Position numbers and translations under genes: made by a program. From assembly GCA_964057225.1 (NCBI GenBank), contig OZ059897.1, forward strand, positions 13,888,001 through 13,952,000: a stretch of DNA of 64,000 nt, written 5' to 3'. The notes under the pieces were generated by a model that saw only the letters and a list, made by a program, of their open reading frames with translations, had not been told where the DNA came from and ran no database searches. Numbering within the stretch: the stretch's first letter is position 1; every line of letters begins with the position of its first letter. Positions 13,869 through 26,518 of the stretch are shown here, piece after piece. Source of the DNA: Auanema rhodensis (lineage: Eukaryota > Animalia > Nematoda).

Positions 13869-15694
13869 CTATCCACTTGAACGGGGCAAGACAATCCCAA
13901 GCCAATATATTGTAAATATTTGATCGGTCAGAATATTTTTGGTTTCTGAAATCAAAAAATCAGCATATCTAATTCAAAATATATTTATTTTTGCTCATAT
14001 ACGTATGTTTACATACATAGATGCATCATAAAGCTAACGAACAATATTCATATAATTATTTGATTATATAAGATTTAGAAAGCAAAACTTGAAAGAACCA
14101 AAATTTTAAAATTAAAATTGATTGATTGATTCACAATTTTTAAAGAGAAGCACTAGAAACAAGAAGAAGCTATCGAATAAAGTTTGAAAAAAAAACAAAG
14201 AAACAAACGTCTGAGGTCTTCTCTTATCCTAGATATCTATTTTACTTTTTTTGCCAACCTGGCCCAGCTTGTACTGAGAAACGGACCAATGATAATCGAT
14301 AAAAATACTATTTTCTTATAAATATTCTGAAATACTGAACATTTATCATGAATAGCATTTAGCAACGAACTCATATTCGGAAATACTCTTCTTAGCGTAT
14401 GATGTGAGAATAGAACACATAAACAGTTATAATTCACACTTTGTGTATCTGAACAAAGCTATTTCATGAATTTCAAACCATTGTGTAAGAAATATTTTCA
14501 AAAGTTGGAATTTTCTTTATGAAAACACTCTTCATGAAAAAATACATTAAAAATACTAAAATGTTTCTTTATAACAGAAGAAAGCCATTTATGAGTATAT
14601 TAGAATACGATACAGAACAAACTATTAAAATATTAATTTGAGTAAATATAGTTTTACTTTATTGTCTCTGAAAAACTTTTGCAGAGAAAAAAGATCTGAA
14701 GAAGGTGGGAGGAGAACACTTTGAAAAGAAGAAGTCTAATGACACTTCGCTCACACAGCTGTTTCCGGTAGGGCCAACTGATGTATTAATGTTTCGAAAA
14801 CTATGCACTTCATGTTATTTATCATATGAGTTAGTTGATAAAACAGAAATTATTTCTTGACACTATTGTTATGTAATCTAAATCAACTGTCAAGGTCTTT
14901 CAAGCAAAAGACAGTTTATAGCCTGAAGATTTATGGTCTATTTTTCCTAATTTTTGATTTGCTGAGCTTTCAAGCGGTGTTAGTTTCTGGTTCCCTGTTC
15001 CAATATTGTAAAAATAAATATCTTAATTTACCTCAGTCGAAAACTAAAGTTCAGATTGATCCGAAATATTCTGTGATCCGCGCATGATGTTGCTAAATAG
15101 CTATAATTACTGTGTAGTATATCACAGTGAATGACACGAAATTTTTAGTTAATATTGTTTGCTTGATTAAATAGATTAGTTTTCAAGTTATTAGAGTTGA
15201 ACATATACTTTGAGTATTCAGTTACAGCATCTGATAAACAACACAACAATTTCAACAACATTACAGTTTGACGTACTTTCAAATAATTCTATTGTTTTAT
15301 TTAAAATATATAATTTCATTTTTTAAATTAAATCTTGGTCAGGGCAGTAGAACCTATGCTTCCTTTTTAAATTAGAGGACATCTATTACTAGGTCAAATA
15401 GCAACTGCTGAAACTTTGAAAGGTTTCGCATGAAAACAAAAATATTATGAGTGTACACATTTTAAACAAACTGATGGCATTCTGTTCTGTGTCATCGTTA
15501 GTATGTCCCAATAGTATTTCATGTTTTCTTTTTGTAATGCATAGAATCACTATGAACACATTTTCTACATCTGTCCATTCAGACAGTATATACGCATCAT
15601 TACGTACAAGACATTCTCACGTATTTTTACGACTTAAAAAATGCTCTGTCTAATTTAACATTTATTGTTATATATCAATTAGTTCCAACTTTAA

Positions 15695-18663
15695 ATGGCG
15701 GAATTAACTGAATTTGATTCTTTGTCTGTACTGGATGATGTTTGTAACGCTTATACTGTAAGTGTCATGTTTTACGATAGATACAACAGTTGAAGTTCAG
15801 GAAGACTTGCTTATTTATTACAAAACTCAAAGGGCTCTCTGCATAAGGAAAGGTACAAGTGAGAGGAGTATGCCCCGATATACCTTTGGTGCCCTTTCTA
15901 GAAAAATTTTTGACCAGTTTGATAAGGCAGTTGTAAGTTCTAACTTCGAATATTCTTGAGATTAATTTGTTTATTCAAGATCCCTGACTTATACTGTGCT
16001 CTTTTCGATTGCTCGGAGAGCTATTGTCAAATGAAACAGATAACGAGTATTGGAATTGAGAATGAGATGCAGTCTCAAATTGGAATATCTGATTTAGTTT
16101 TAAATGTTAGATTGCCATTCTTGTTTATTGTTGAAAATACCTTTTATTCAGTTAATGGTTCCATATCAACTGCCTCATACTGTCAGAAGCACAGATCCAA
16201 ACATTGCAAATCCTTCTGTGAGTGAAATTATCTAATTCGTATTATTTTTATCATTCTTCAGAGACCCAAATCATGTTTAATTCCTCCACGAGTCCGTTTT
16301 ACAGTTGAACAATCTAAAGAAATTTTAGCTCGTTGCTTACCCATTGCTGTTCCTCCTGAAGTAAGAGAATGTGCCTCTTATTGTAACTCATTTCACTAAT
16401 TTCAGTCAAAAATATGGAAGCAAATTCGGTATATTTTAGTACCTGATAATAATTCTAAAAAAATCGCCCAGTTTGCTCCAATTATAGGAGAAGCTGCTGC
16501 GAATGGCACCATTTCGTAAGCATCAGTATATAAAGCTATGACATATCTCTGTCATATCTTCTTTTAGTTATGGTGCTCTTGTGTATTGTATGCATACAGA
16601 TCTTTTGAATGAAAATCTTACCCCTCAATGTATTCTTCAAGCCTTATATCTTGGACCACTTCGAGCTGCAACTGTTGAGGTACTTGAATTTTAATTATGT
16701 TTTATCATGACTTTTTATTTTAGTTTTTCGCATCTGGACGATCTGCTGAGTTCAGAAAACAGTGCAGAGAATTTATATTTCTTGCTGAAATAGCTAAGAA
16801 AGATCCTTTAGCATTTAAGTACGGTATTTCTTAATATATTTTTATTATTTATGATTGTACAGGAAATATTGTCCGACAAATATCATTCATCATCCAGCTC
16901 TATGTAATTATCGAAGTTTTCTAACAAATACCACTGAACTGTTAAATGAATTACGCGGAGGTACTTTATAAAAACATCCTTTTGTATAACAAAATATACT
17001 TTAGTTAAGAAAACAGTGCCACTCATTCCTAACGGATGGGCATGTGCTGCAATAAAAAAATTTGGAAAACGTACTTATGTGGAAAAAGTTGTTATTTCTT
17101 ATTTTCATCAATATACTCATTGAATTTAGACTTGGCGTCCTGAAACATTGTTTGATCTCATTTGGACTGTTCTAGTTCAAAGGCCTGCTCTGAAAAAGTA
17201 CATTTAATTTTGCTTGTATTATGAAAAACTTATTTTAGATTTGTCTGTGAGACACTTGAAAAAGAATTTCATGATTATGGTGCAGCTAGGTTTTGGAAAA
17301 AGATAATGCCTGCTCAGTTAGATCGCTACTGCATCAGGAATCCGTAAGTGTTTGTATGAAATTGATAATTAACAATATTTTTGTTTAGTTTTGATCAAAA
17401 TATCGATCCTCTCTTTGTTTCGGACGAATATTTAAATTTTCCTCCAATTGTTCAAGTATAGTTATTTTATGGTATCATTCTGTATAAACAATTATTTATT
17501 ATACAGAATGTTAAATGTGTAGTCCATCAATCTCAGCTTGGATATGTAATAGCAAATATTAGAGCTGAGGTAATATTTCAAAGTTTTTCTATGTTTAAAT
17601 ATACATTACTGTAGATTGAAAGTTGTGGAAAGGCTATTGTTGGATTAGATGCTGAATGGACTGCCTTTACTGGGGAAAGCAAGTATGAATTTAAATTTAA
17701 TGCGCATTGTCAATACAACAGTTTAGAGCAAATATTCTTCAAGTAGCAATTCGAAATAACATTTATATAATTGATTTGGATAATTTGCAATATGAACAAG
17801 AGCTTAAAACCTTTTTTATTGACTTATTCCTTGATCCTCGGATTGTCAAACTAGGTGAGAATTTTATGTCTAAATACTTTTTTAATCATTTATTTAAGGG
17901 TTTCAATTCAATGAAGATTTAGCACAACTTCGTAATGCTGTACCTCATTGCAAAGCCTTATATCAGCCAGAGAATGTTTTATGTGTTGGAAAAATGATCA
18001 GAACAGTTAGTCTCTTTTGTTTGCTTCTGGTTTCCAACCTCAAAATTTAGTTGCTAGATATAACTGAAAGTAACGAAAACTGTGCGGAAATTATGAATGA
18101 GATTGTGCCATATTTTTCCCTTACCCCATTAGATGATACTATCGAATCTATTCCCGATGAATCAAATAAGGTATCCACAGGTAAGATTATATTTGAGTTT
18201 CTATTTTGAAATTTCCCGTTATTAAACAGGTGGAGATAAAGAAGATATGGAAACAGTAGAGCCGAAGCAATCCAATGCTAATGACTCGTCGAATACTGAA
18301 TCAGCGTCAGATAGAATTTTGAATCGTGGACTTTCATATATCTGTGAAAAGGTGTGAAAACAATTATTTAATCATGCTTTTTTTTTTTTTAAGATTTTGG
18401 GTAGGCCTTTAGATAAAACAGAGCAATGTAGTGTTTGGGATCGACGACCCTTACGATCGCTTCAGGTAGTTCTTCTTGGAGTTTGTAAGATCAACATATG
18501 TTATCTTCAGATTCGTTATGCTGCCATGGATGCGTATTGCTGTATAATGCTCTACGATGTTTGTGTCAAGTGGGCCCTACGCCTTGGCACAACCATAGAA
18601 GATGTAGTAGTAGATCAGAAGCCCATACGGGTTTCCCTACCATTATTCAGTGATGCTGACTAA
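15695..18663 (+). CDS. MUT-7/EXD3-family DEDDy 3'-5' exonuclease ending right after the exonuclease domain (ZK1098.3-like paralogue)
   Basis: ATG 15695 (MAELTEFDSL), many short GT-AG introns. ExoI AIVGLDAEW, ANILQVAIRNNIYIIDL, ExoII KLGFQFNEDL, RGLSYICEKILGRPLDKTEQCSVWDRRPLR, ExoIII IRYAAMDAYC. Stop TAA 18661-18663. Confidence 0.88.
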
Positions 18664-19585
18664 AACTTCTGAAACTATGCAGTTTTGCTTGTAACATAGA
18701 CGTTTTCGTCTAAAAAGTTATGTGTATAATTAGTGGGTTGTCATATAATATAAACTTTAACATTGTAATCTTTGTCACATTTATGCGAAATAATGGATTT
18801 GATAATAGCCTATTATCAATATTTTGCATATCACTATCGATTCGTATGTATTATCTGTGGTGTTTGTAAGTATATCTTATGTTTTCATTTGTTTTGTACC
18901 TTTTCCTTACTTCGCAGAAGTCTAATCTATACGTTTGTCTGATTAAAATGCCAATCTTAATAGAACTGTACACTTACCGGTGTGCATTCATTGTACAGAG
19001 GAGCCTTATAAATTATTTATTACTATAATTTATAAATTTTAATTTTATTATTTTATTTTATTTTAAATTTCACTTGTAAATATCACAGAGATATGAAAAG
19101 AAAGTTTTGTACAGTACTGCATCTGAATAAACAATAGGAAATGAAATAATACAAAAAACTGTCCATCCATAATTTACTAGCCACTTTAAATTATTTTTGA
19201 CAATTAGGGTTATATTGCATTGGAAGTGGTTGCATTTCAATATTATCTTGACAATCCAGAGAAATCTATCCCCAACCTAAATATGTAGTCTTAGCTGACA
19301 ACTGCATCGATGTTGTCTGTCTGATTTACCTAAAAAAAAGTAAAGCATCAGTGTTCGTGTGCCTTGGATTTCTTAAACGAATTCCTGAGAAGTTTTTGTG
19401 CTTGATCCATGTTAGTTCATCTTAGTTTAGCGTGAAGCGGACTGGCAAGGCCCTTGTTCTGAGAAAATCTGATGGACCGGTTCGTTCTATAAGGCTAGCT
19501 GAGCCTTTTTTTGGAAGAAGCTTGGTATCAGCAAGTTAGAACTGACTTCGAGCATGCAAAAAAGAAGACGGGTTGCTTCCCGACC

Positions 19586-19592
19586 TATATAA
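19586..19592 (+). promoter_or_regulatory. TATA box of the collagen gene
   Basis: TATATAAG about 45 nt upstream of the collagen ATG, in a locally GC-richer stretch. Confidence 0.7.
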
Positions 19593-19634
19593 GCCGTTAA
19601 CGTCCAGATAGACGTAGACCATCCATCAACAGTT

Positions 19635-21112
19635 ATGGAGGGGGAAAGCATCAAGATTAAGGTGAGTCCAAAATTTTTAATTATCGTATATTTCGGTCAA
19701 ACAAATATCTAAAATTTATCAAGATTAATCAAATCCGTTCTGAAGTATCATGTTTAGGCCTACAGGGTAGTTGGCTATGCTGCAGTTACCTTCTCAGCTA
19801 TTGCTATTCTTTCTATCTGCATCACTCTACCAATGGTCTATAACTACGTTCATAATGTTCGTCGTCAAATGTATGGAGAGATGAACCAATGTCAGGTATG
19901 TTGAAAACGATAACCTTTAACTTTTTCACTTTTTGAAAATCATTTGAAATACTTTATTTTTCTTGCTTAGTTCATATTCATTAATGGCCTTGTGATCTTA
20001 TTAAGTTCCTAGAAGCATGTCATTTAGCACGATTCGACCGAGTTTTTTTCTAATGTCCGTATAGTTTTTTTACTCAAGGACGTCACAAAGAAAAATGAAT
20101 GAATGAACATCGCTTATCAAATTTAAAAGATTTCATAATTTTTTTAATCAAAAATATTTCAGACTAACGCCAAGCAACTTTGGGCTGATGTCAATGTTCT
20201 TAGAAGCACCCCTCTTTTCCCAGGAAACCGCACTGCTCGTTCTTCCGGATACGGAGAGCCAGAAGAGCTCGAGGTCCAACCATCTTCTTATGAAGCAAAC
20301 AACAATCACAATGGTGATAGCTCAGCTGCTTTGGGAGAAGGACCAAGTTATAATCCAAATTATGAAAACAATGGAAAATATCAACCAAACAACCAAGGTT
20401 CTGGAAGTGGACATCCACACTTTGGCGGCAATAACAATAACAACAACGAGGATTGTTCCGATTGCTGCCTTCCAGGACCACCAGGACCAGCAGGAGCTCC
20501 AGGAACCCCAGGAAAGAACGGAAAGGCTGGAGTAAACGGATTACCAGGAAATCCAGGACGTCCACCAAGCAAGCCTTGCGAGCCTATCACTCCACCACCA
20601 TGCAAGCCATGCCCACGTGGACCACTAGGACCACCAGGACCACCAGGACCACCAGGAAACATTGGAAACCCAGGAGAGTCAGGAAACAAGGGACCAGACG
20701 GACCACCAGGAGAACCAGGATTCAAGGGACGTCCAGGACCATCAGGAAAGCCCGGAGTTCAAGGACCTCCAGGAGAACAAGGACAGCCAGGAGAGAACGG
20801 AGAACCTAAACCAGGACCAGCAGGAGAGCCAGGAAGACCAGGACCTCAAGTATGTTATTCAATATCTAGAGTTTTTTTATACAATTTATATAGGGACCAC
20901 GTGGACCACCAGGAAAACCAGGAAAAGACGGAAACGCTGGAGGAGAGGGAGAAAAGGGACAACCAGGAGAGCCAGGACCTAACGGAGAAGACGGAACTCC
21001 CGGACAATCCGGAAAGCCAGGAAGGGATGGACATCCAGGAGAGAGAGGAATTTGCCCCAAGTACTGCGCTAACGATGGAGGAATCTTCTTCGAAGATGGA
21101 ACCAGACGTTAA
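19635..21112 (+). CDS. Nematode cuticle collagen. Exons 19635-19661, 19758-19895, 20163-20849, 20894-21112
   Basis: Col_cuticle_N segment [37 protein letters not shown] furin-type site, [11 protein letters not shown], Gly-X-Y blocks interrupted by [14 protein letters not shown], and C-terminal [21 protein letters not shown]. Confidence 0.97.
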
Positions 21113-21421
21113 GATATCCTTGGATAGGCAAGAGGTTTTCCAAACATTGTCAGTCAGTGTTGTGTCATATGTATCTTGTAAATTATATTGCGTTGAATTA
21201 ACTAAAATAAATCTTAAATTGATTTTTTGATCTAGTAAATCACGATTGAATGGTTATATTATATAGTTAAAAAGTGAATAATACAAAAAAAAAGAGATTG
21301 AAATGAGAAAACCATAAAAGATATACAAGAATGAACAACTTCAGTAAAACACATAAAAAAAGAAAAAAAATATACAGAATCTAGTGTGAATAAATAATAT
21401 CTGGTTAGATATTTAAGATTG

Positions 21422-23973
21422 TTACTTCATCTGTTTCATTGGTGCTCCGATTTTTGTCAGACTCATCTAAGTTTTTATACTCTGTTTAGATTTTAATAAA
21501 AATCAAATACAAACTTGTTGAGCAAACTCTAAACTTCGTTTAGTTTCAGCTTCTTGTGAAAATGATGGATTAAGACCAACAATGACCATCGTTTTGCTAT
21601 CACCACCCCCTAGACTGTTCATAAGCATATGCGTCAGCTTAGAATCTCTATATGGAATATGCGAACTCTAAAATTAATTTTATTATACATAGATCAATTT
21701 CATGCAATTAACCTTATTCAGTTGAGATCTGATACATTTTTGTAAACAAGATAGTCCCAAGTTTATCGATGTCATTTCCTTGAATCTGTCCTTATTTTCA
21801 TCAGATCCAGATTCTTTAACGCGCTCGGAACCGGCCAAGTCCACTAATGACAAACACGAATTCAATTCCATACCTATGTTTTCATATTTTATTCGTATGA
21901 AAGTTTAAAAAAAAGTTTCAAGCTAACCGATAACTTCATTTTTAGCTGAGATATTGATCTGGAAAATTGCATGACTTCTACTTGATTGTTCGTTACACTT
22001 AGTGACGGCCACCGATCTGAATTGGGCGGCAGTGTGTAGAATCCAGCTAATCTGAAATTTAAAATTTAAAATAGAATATAAAAACATATAATACGTACAT
22101 CTTCTTCTGTTTCAATTTGCTTACAAACAGCTCCTTCAACAATACAATTACCATAGCTTGATCGAAGTTGAACTTTTTGACGATTATTTAATAAATCATA
22201 AACTTCTTCAACATAAATTTCTAAGAATGAAGCAGAGATATCAAACTGAAAGCAATATTCAAAAAATTGAAAATATATTCCCTTATATTCATACTTTCCA
22301 TCCGATTTCCGCTAATTTGTTCTTATTTTTGAATATACTTCTAGCTGATCTGGGAATTAAACCTTCCAAATGTTCTTTCCCTTAAATACGATAAATGTAA
22401 ATTAACCAAATTAACAAAAAAAAACCTCCAATCATAGTATGAGTTTTTCCACTTCCTGTTTGTCCATAAGCAATAATTGCAACATTATATCCATGTAATG
22501 ATGACTATATAATAAAACTTAACTAAATAGTTCAATATCTTTATAATTACCATGACTAATTCTTCAACATCTCCAAAAATTGTCTTTTGTGTAATATTTG
22601 GTCCATATACTTTTTGATAGTCAAGAGTTGTCATTTTTCCATTCTACATAACATTTAAATAATATTATTTATATAATACTATGTTATCGTAAATATTAAC
22701 AAAAAAAAGGAGCTTACCATATCTAATCTGATAGATGTCTGTGAAGGGTATTGCATACTTATCAGATTCTCCTCGTTGGGAAGAGACGGCCGCACGCGAA
22801 TAGCTACTCGAATTTGCCCCTTAACAAGAAACAATAATACTGATTATAAATTATCTAACATACTCTCAAATCAACTACTTCATTCAAAAGTTTTCGAACA
22901 ACTGTGTCATTCGATGAAAGCTCTTTTCTAGCTTCCGTTAATTGATCTAAAGTAATTGAAATTTTAGTTTTTTGATTTTCTTCCTGAGCGATCAGAAGAG
23001 AGCATTTTTCACGAAGGCTTTCTCTTTCTTCTTGAACAGCTTTCATTTTTAGCTTAATTACAATTAAATATAATTAGAACATTAAAATAAAAAGCTTACC
23101 TCTATTGTGCTTAATTTTGATTCTAAAGAATCATTTCTCATAGTTTTAGTTTCTATCTAAATATTCTTGACTTAGCAATGTGAATCTGACTTACTATTTC
23201 ATTCTTCATTTGTACAATTTCTTCCAAATGGGAAACCTTGCTTGACGAACATTCCAATTGCAATGTCAATCTTTCAATCTATTACATAAATAAGATTATT
23301 AAAGATTTCAAATACTAATATTACCATTTCTTCTTTTTCTTTCAAAGTTTCTTCAAGTTTAGCAATAATTTTATCTTCTTTTCTTATAAAAGGCGGCTTT
23401 TGACTCTATAACAGAATACAGTTACATAAAAAAAATGTAATTGCCACTTTACCACTGCAGAAAGTTTCACTCGGTCACGCTCTAGTGAGGCACTTCGCCC
23501 AGTTTTTGGTGATGGATCTCTACTGGCTTTACGAGTAGTTGCGGCTGTAGGAGCCATGAAACTAGGTGCTGCTAAAACTGAGTTCAACTAATTCAGTATT
23601 TTGAAAATAAATTGAATTAAAAAATAAGAAAGAAAAACCTCGTTTTCTGCCATCTCTTTCGGCTGGTCTAGGAGTGTCAGTATTCGCTGAATAAAAAAAA
23701 GGTTTAAAAAAGCAGCAAGCAGAATGTGAAAACTCTAACTTAAATCTTGCAATGGGTGAACTGGTAGGCTAAGTTTAGTTTTTGTTTCTCCTGGTAGTAC
23801 TAAATATCTAATATTTCAAACTATTTGGTATTTTTAAAATACCTTTACTGAGATTGCTGGTAAAAGTTTTTGGCTTTGGAGGAAGCCGAGCTGAAGATTA
23901 TTTTGAAATTTTGACATCAAACAATTTAATTACCTGGTGTTGAAAGAAACGGAATTTTGGATACCGAAGCCAT
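21422..23973 (-). CDS. Kinesin-14 (C-terminal motor), klp-15/16/17-like
   Basis: Basic/Pro-rich N-terminus MASVSKIPFLSTP, coiled coil, neck LLNEVVDLRGQIRVAIRVRP, P-loop AYGQTGSGKTHTM, switch I SSRSHAIFQI, switch [21 protein letters not shown]. Ends MKQMK*. Confidence 0.92.
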
Positions 23974-25851
23974 GCGGGTTTATAGTTAAATAGAATAAAT
24001 AAAAATAAAATATAAAGAACAATATAATTTTGATATTTAGTTTGTATATAACGCATTCCCGCCGACAATTTGATCAAAGTATGAGTGAAAATTTAACTGA
24101 AGACAAGATAATAGATGATCAATAATCAATCCATTTAGAGTTATCAAACAAACGGTACCAGATAACTGAAAACATTTTGATTTTTTAAGATTATTTTTTA
24201 AATTTAATAATTAGAAATATAATATTTGCTTTTATAATTTAGTTAATCAGAAAAAATCATCTGTTGTATTACTTTTTTTGCTGTAACCTATAGATAGTCA
24301 TACAAAATCCTAAATTGTTATCTTGTATTGAATATATTACGAATATGTGAAATTCTATTCAAATTTTATTATTACTATTTTATTTTAAATAACTTTCTAT
24401 AGATAACAAAATCTTTATATTGAAAGCTATTATTAAAAGATATTTTTCAGTATCAGGGTATGGATTACGGTATATTTAAAGAAAATTAAGTTATATTATA
24501 GAATAATAGTTGATTCAAATTTTGCTAATCTTTGAAAATTTGAAAAGTGGTAATTATGAAGTATTGAAGATAGAGATGAGTATCTATTAAGGTTTTAAAC
24601 ATTTTTTATAATTCAAACTTTCAATGGACTGATTAAAGAATATTGCCCCACGTGAATTTTGAAAATTACTTGAATTTCCACTTATATTTTCAATTTAATT
24701 TGAAGAATTTATTTTTCTAATGAAAACTATGTACATTTTATGAATGTTAATAAATCATCAACAAAGGTAAATGACGCTGTAATCCAAGTGATAAAGTTTT
24801 TCCAATTGTTTGTGAGGTACTAATTTCATTATTAACAAAAGATTGTAACCTTGTTTACAGAAGGGGTCTTTAGATACCCGATTGTAGAGAAGAATATCAA
24901 TTTTCTGCAACAATGAATTTGTACATACAATCGTTATAATGAATTTCATAAGTCTGTTCTCAAGTTGCACTGATTTAATATATTAGAAGTTAAGATATTA
25001 TTTAGGAAATGGCGCAATGAAAGCAGATTGCAAACATGTCTTTCAAAAATGTGAACGACTGACTGTATTTGTCAGTTATAGACGGTAAATCGAAAAATTC
25101 AAATCAAATTTTCATTGGATATCATACTAAAATAGCTTTTCGACATTATTAGAATATTGGAAACCTGGGGGTTGTTAAAGTTTTTCTTTCCCAAATAAAA
25201 ATTATTTTAGAAGCATTTATTACTAATTCTTTCGTGTCAACTTTAATGTCACTCGAAACTGGATTTCGGTATACGTTCCCAATCCAAAATAAGACCAACT
25301 ATGTTTGTGCTGCTGCTAAGGAAAGGAAGCATTGTTAATTTTTGGAAACAAATGATTTTTTTAATAAGAATAAAAAAACTATTATTAGTATATTATTAGG
25401 AGAAATGTTCTACGCTCAACATCTTTGAACTCAACCACATGCTTAGTCACGTTTATATCCTAGAAGTCGTAATAGCAAGCGATTAATTTTTTTAATTTTG
25501 CGTGTGAAGCTATACTAATCAAAATAAAATAATTGGGTTTTCAGATTAATATCATAATTATACTCAAACAACAAATATTCATATTAAAAATTTTAGTCTT
25601 ATTCGTAACATTTTTTTAGTAGTTTTGTTAATATATATTGATTATCTGTGTTTTTCTAGACTCTTTGAGTGTTTTAAGAATCAATTTTTTCATCGCCAGA
25701 CAGTTGATCTTCTTATTTCTAAATGACCTGGATCAGCTGACGGTCATTTTGTAATAACCATTTCAAAGATGTTATTCCATTTTTTCGATTCCTTGTCGTT
25801 AAACTCTTAACTTTTAAAACAAATTAGTTTGTTTTAAAAAAACCGTTTCAG

Positions 25852-26450
25852 ATGTTTTCAAAATTATTATTATTTCTCATAATTGGATATGCCAGTACCA
25901 GATCACCTACAAAGTTGAAATCTCTTTGGAATTTCGAAAGAATTACTGAATGTGTTCTTCATCATACTGCATTGGTATAATTGCCTCAGATTGACTTCAT
26001 ATTTGATTAAATTAACATTTAGGTCTACAATAATTACGGATGTTGGTGTGGTATTGGTGGATCACACGATCCAGTAGATGGTATTGATGAGTTTAGTATA
26101 CATTTTCTTCATAAATACACTTTACATTTTTTAAAGATGTTGTATGCATCATGACAAATGCTATGATCGAGCTGTAGATAACAAAATCTGTTACGACGTT
26201 CCTTGGGAATATGTGGATAATTATAACTGGCAATGTGTAAATAGCACAGCAATTTGTGATAGTACGATGTTTATACATATCCGCCTTATCAATTTTTGAT
26301 ATTTTAGACGAGTTAACTGGATGTGCTGCTGCTCTTTGTGCATGCGATACTGAAGTTGTCCGCTGCTGGTCAAAATATCCCAAACCGAATGCCAAGCCAA
26401 GTTGTAACAGGACTACTGAACAACAACAAACAAAATTCTTTGAACCGTGA
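25852..26450 (+). CDS. Secreted phospholipase A2 (group I/II-like fold), 4 exons
   Basis: TTTCAG|ATG, signal peptide MFSKLLLFLIIGYAST, Ca2+ loop YNNYGCWCGIGG, catalytic CCMHHDKCY, and CAAALCACD carrying the second catalytic Asp. Confidence 0.93.
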
Positions 26451-26518
26451 TATACACAATTAAACAATAGGAAAATAAAATGATTTACTAACTATGTAAA
26501 TTGTATTATGAAAATGAA

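Noticed and set aside
19400-19512. Hairpin followed by a T-run, like a Pol III ncRNA end
   Set aside because: No A/B boxes or known RNA motif; better explained as the collagen promoter
20188-21060. Several overlapping ORFs in other frames and on the antisense strand of the collagen
   Set aside because: Shadow ORFs from the GGA-CCA codon bias of Gly-X-Y repeats
2573-22105. CTGTTTCA (piRNA Ruby-motif core) occurrences
   Set aside because: Few and scattered, several inside exons; no piRNA-cluster-like density
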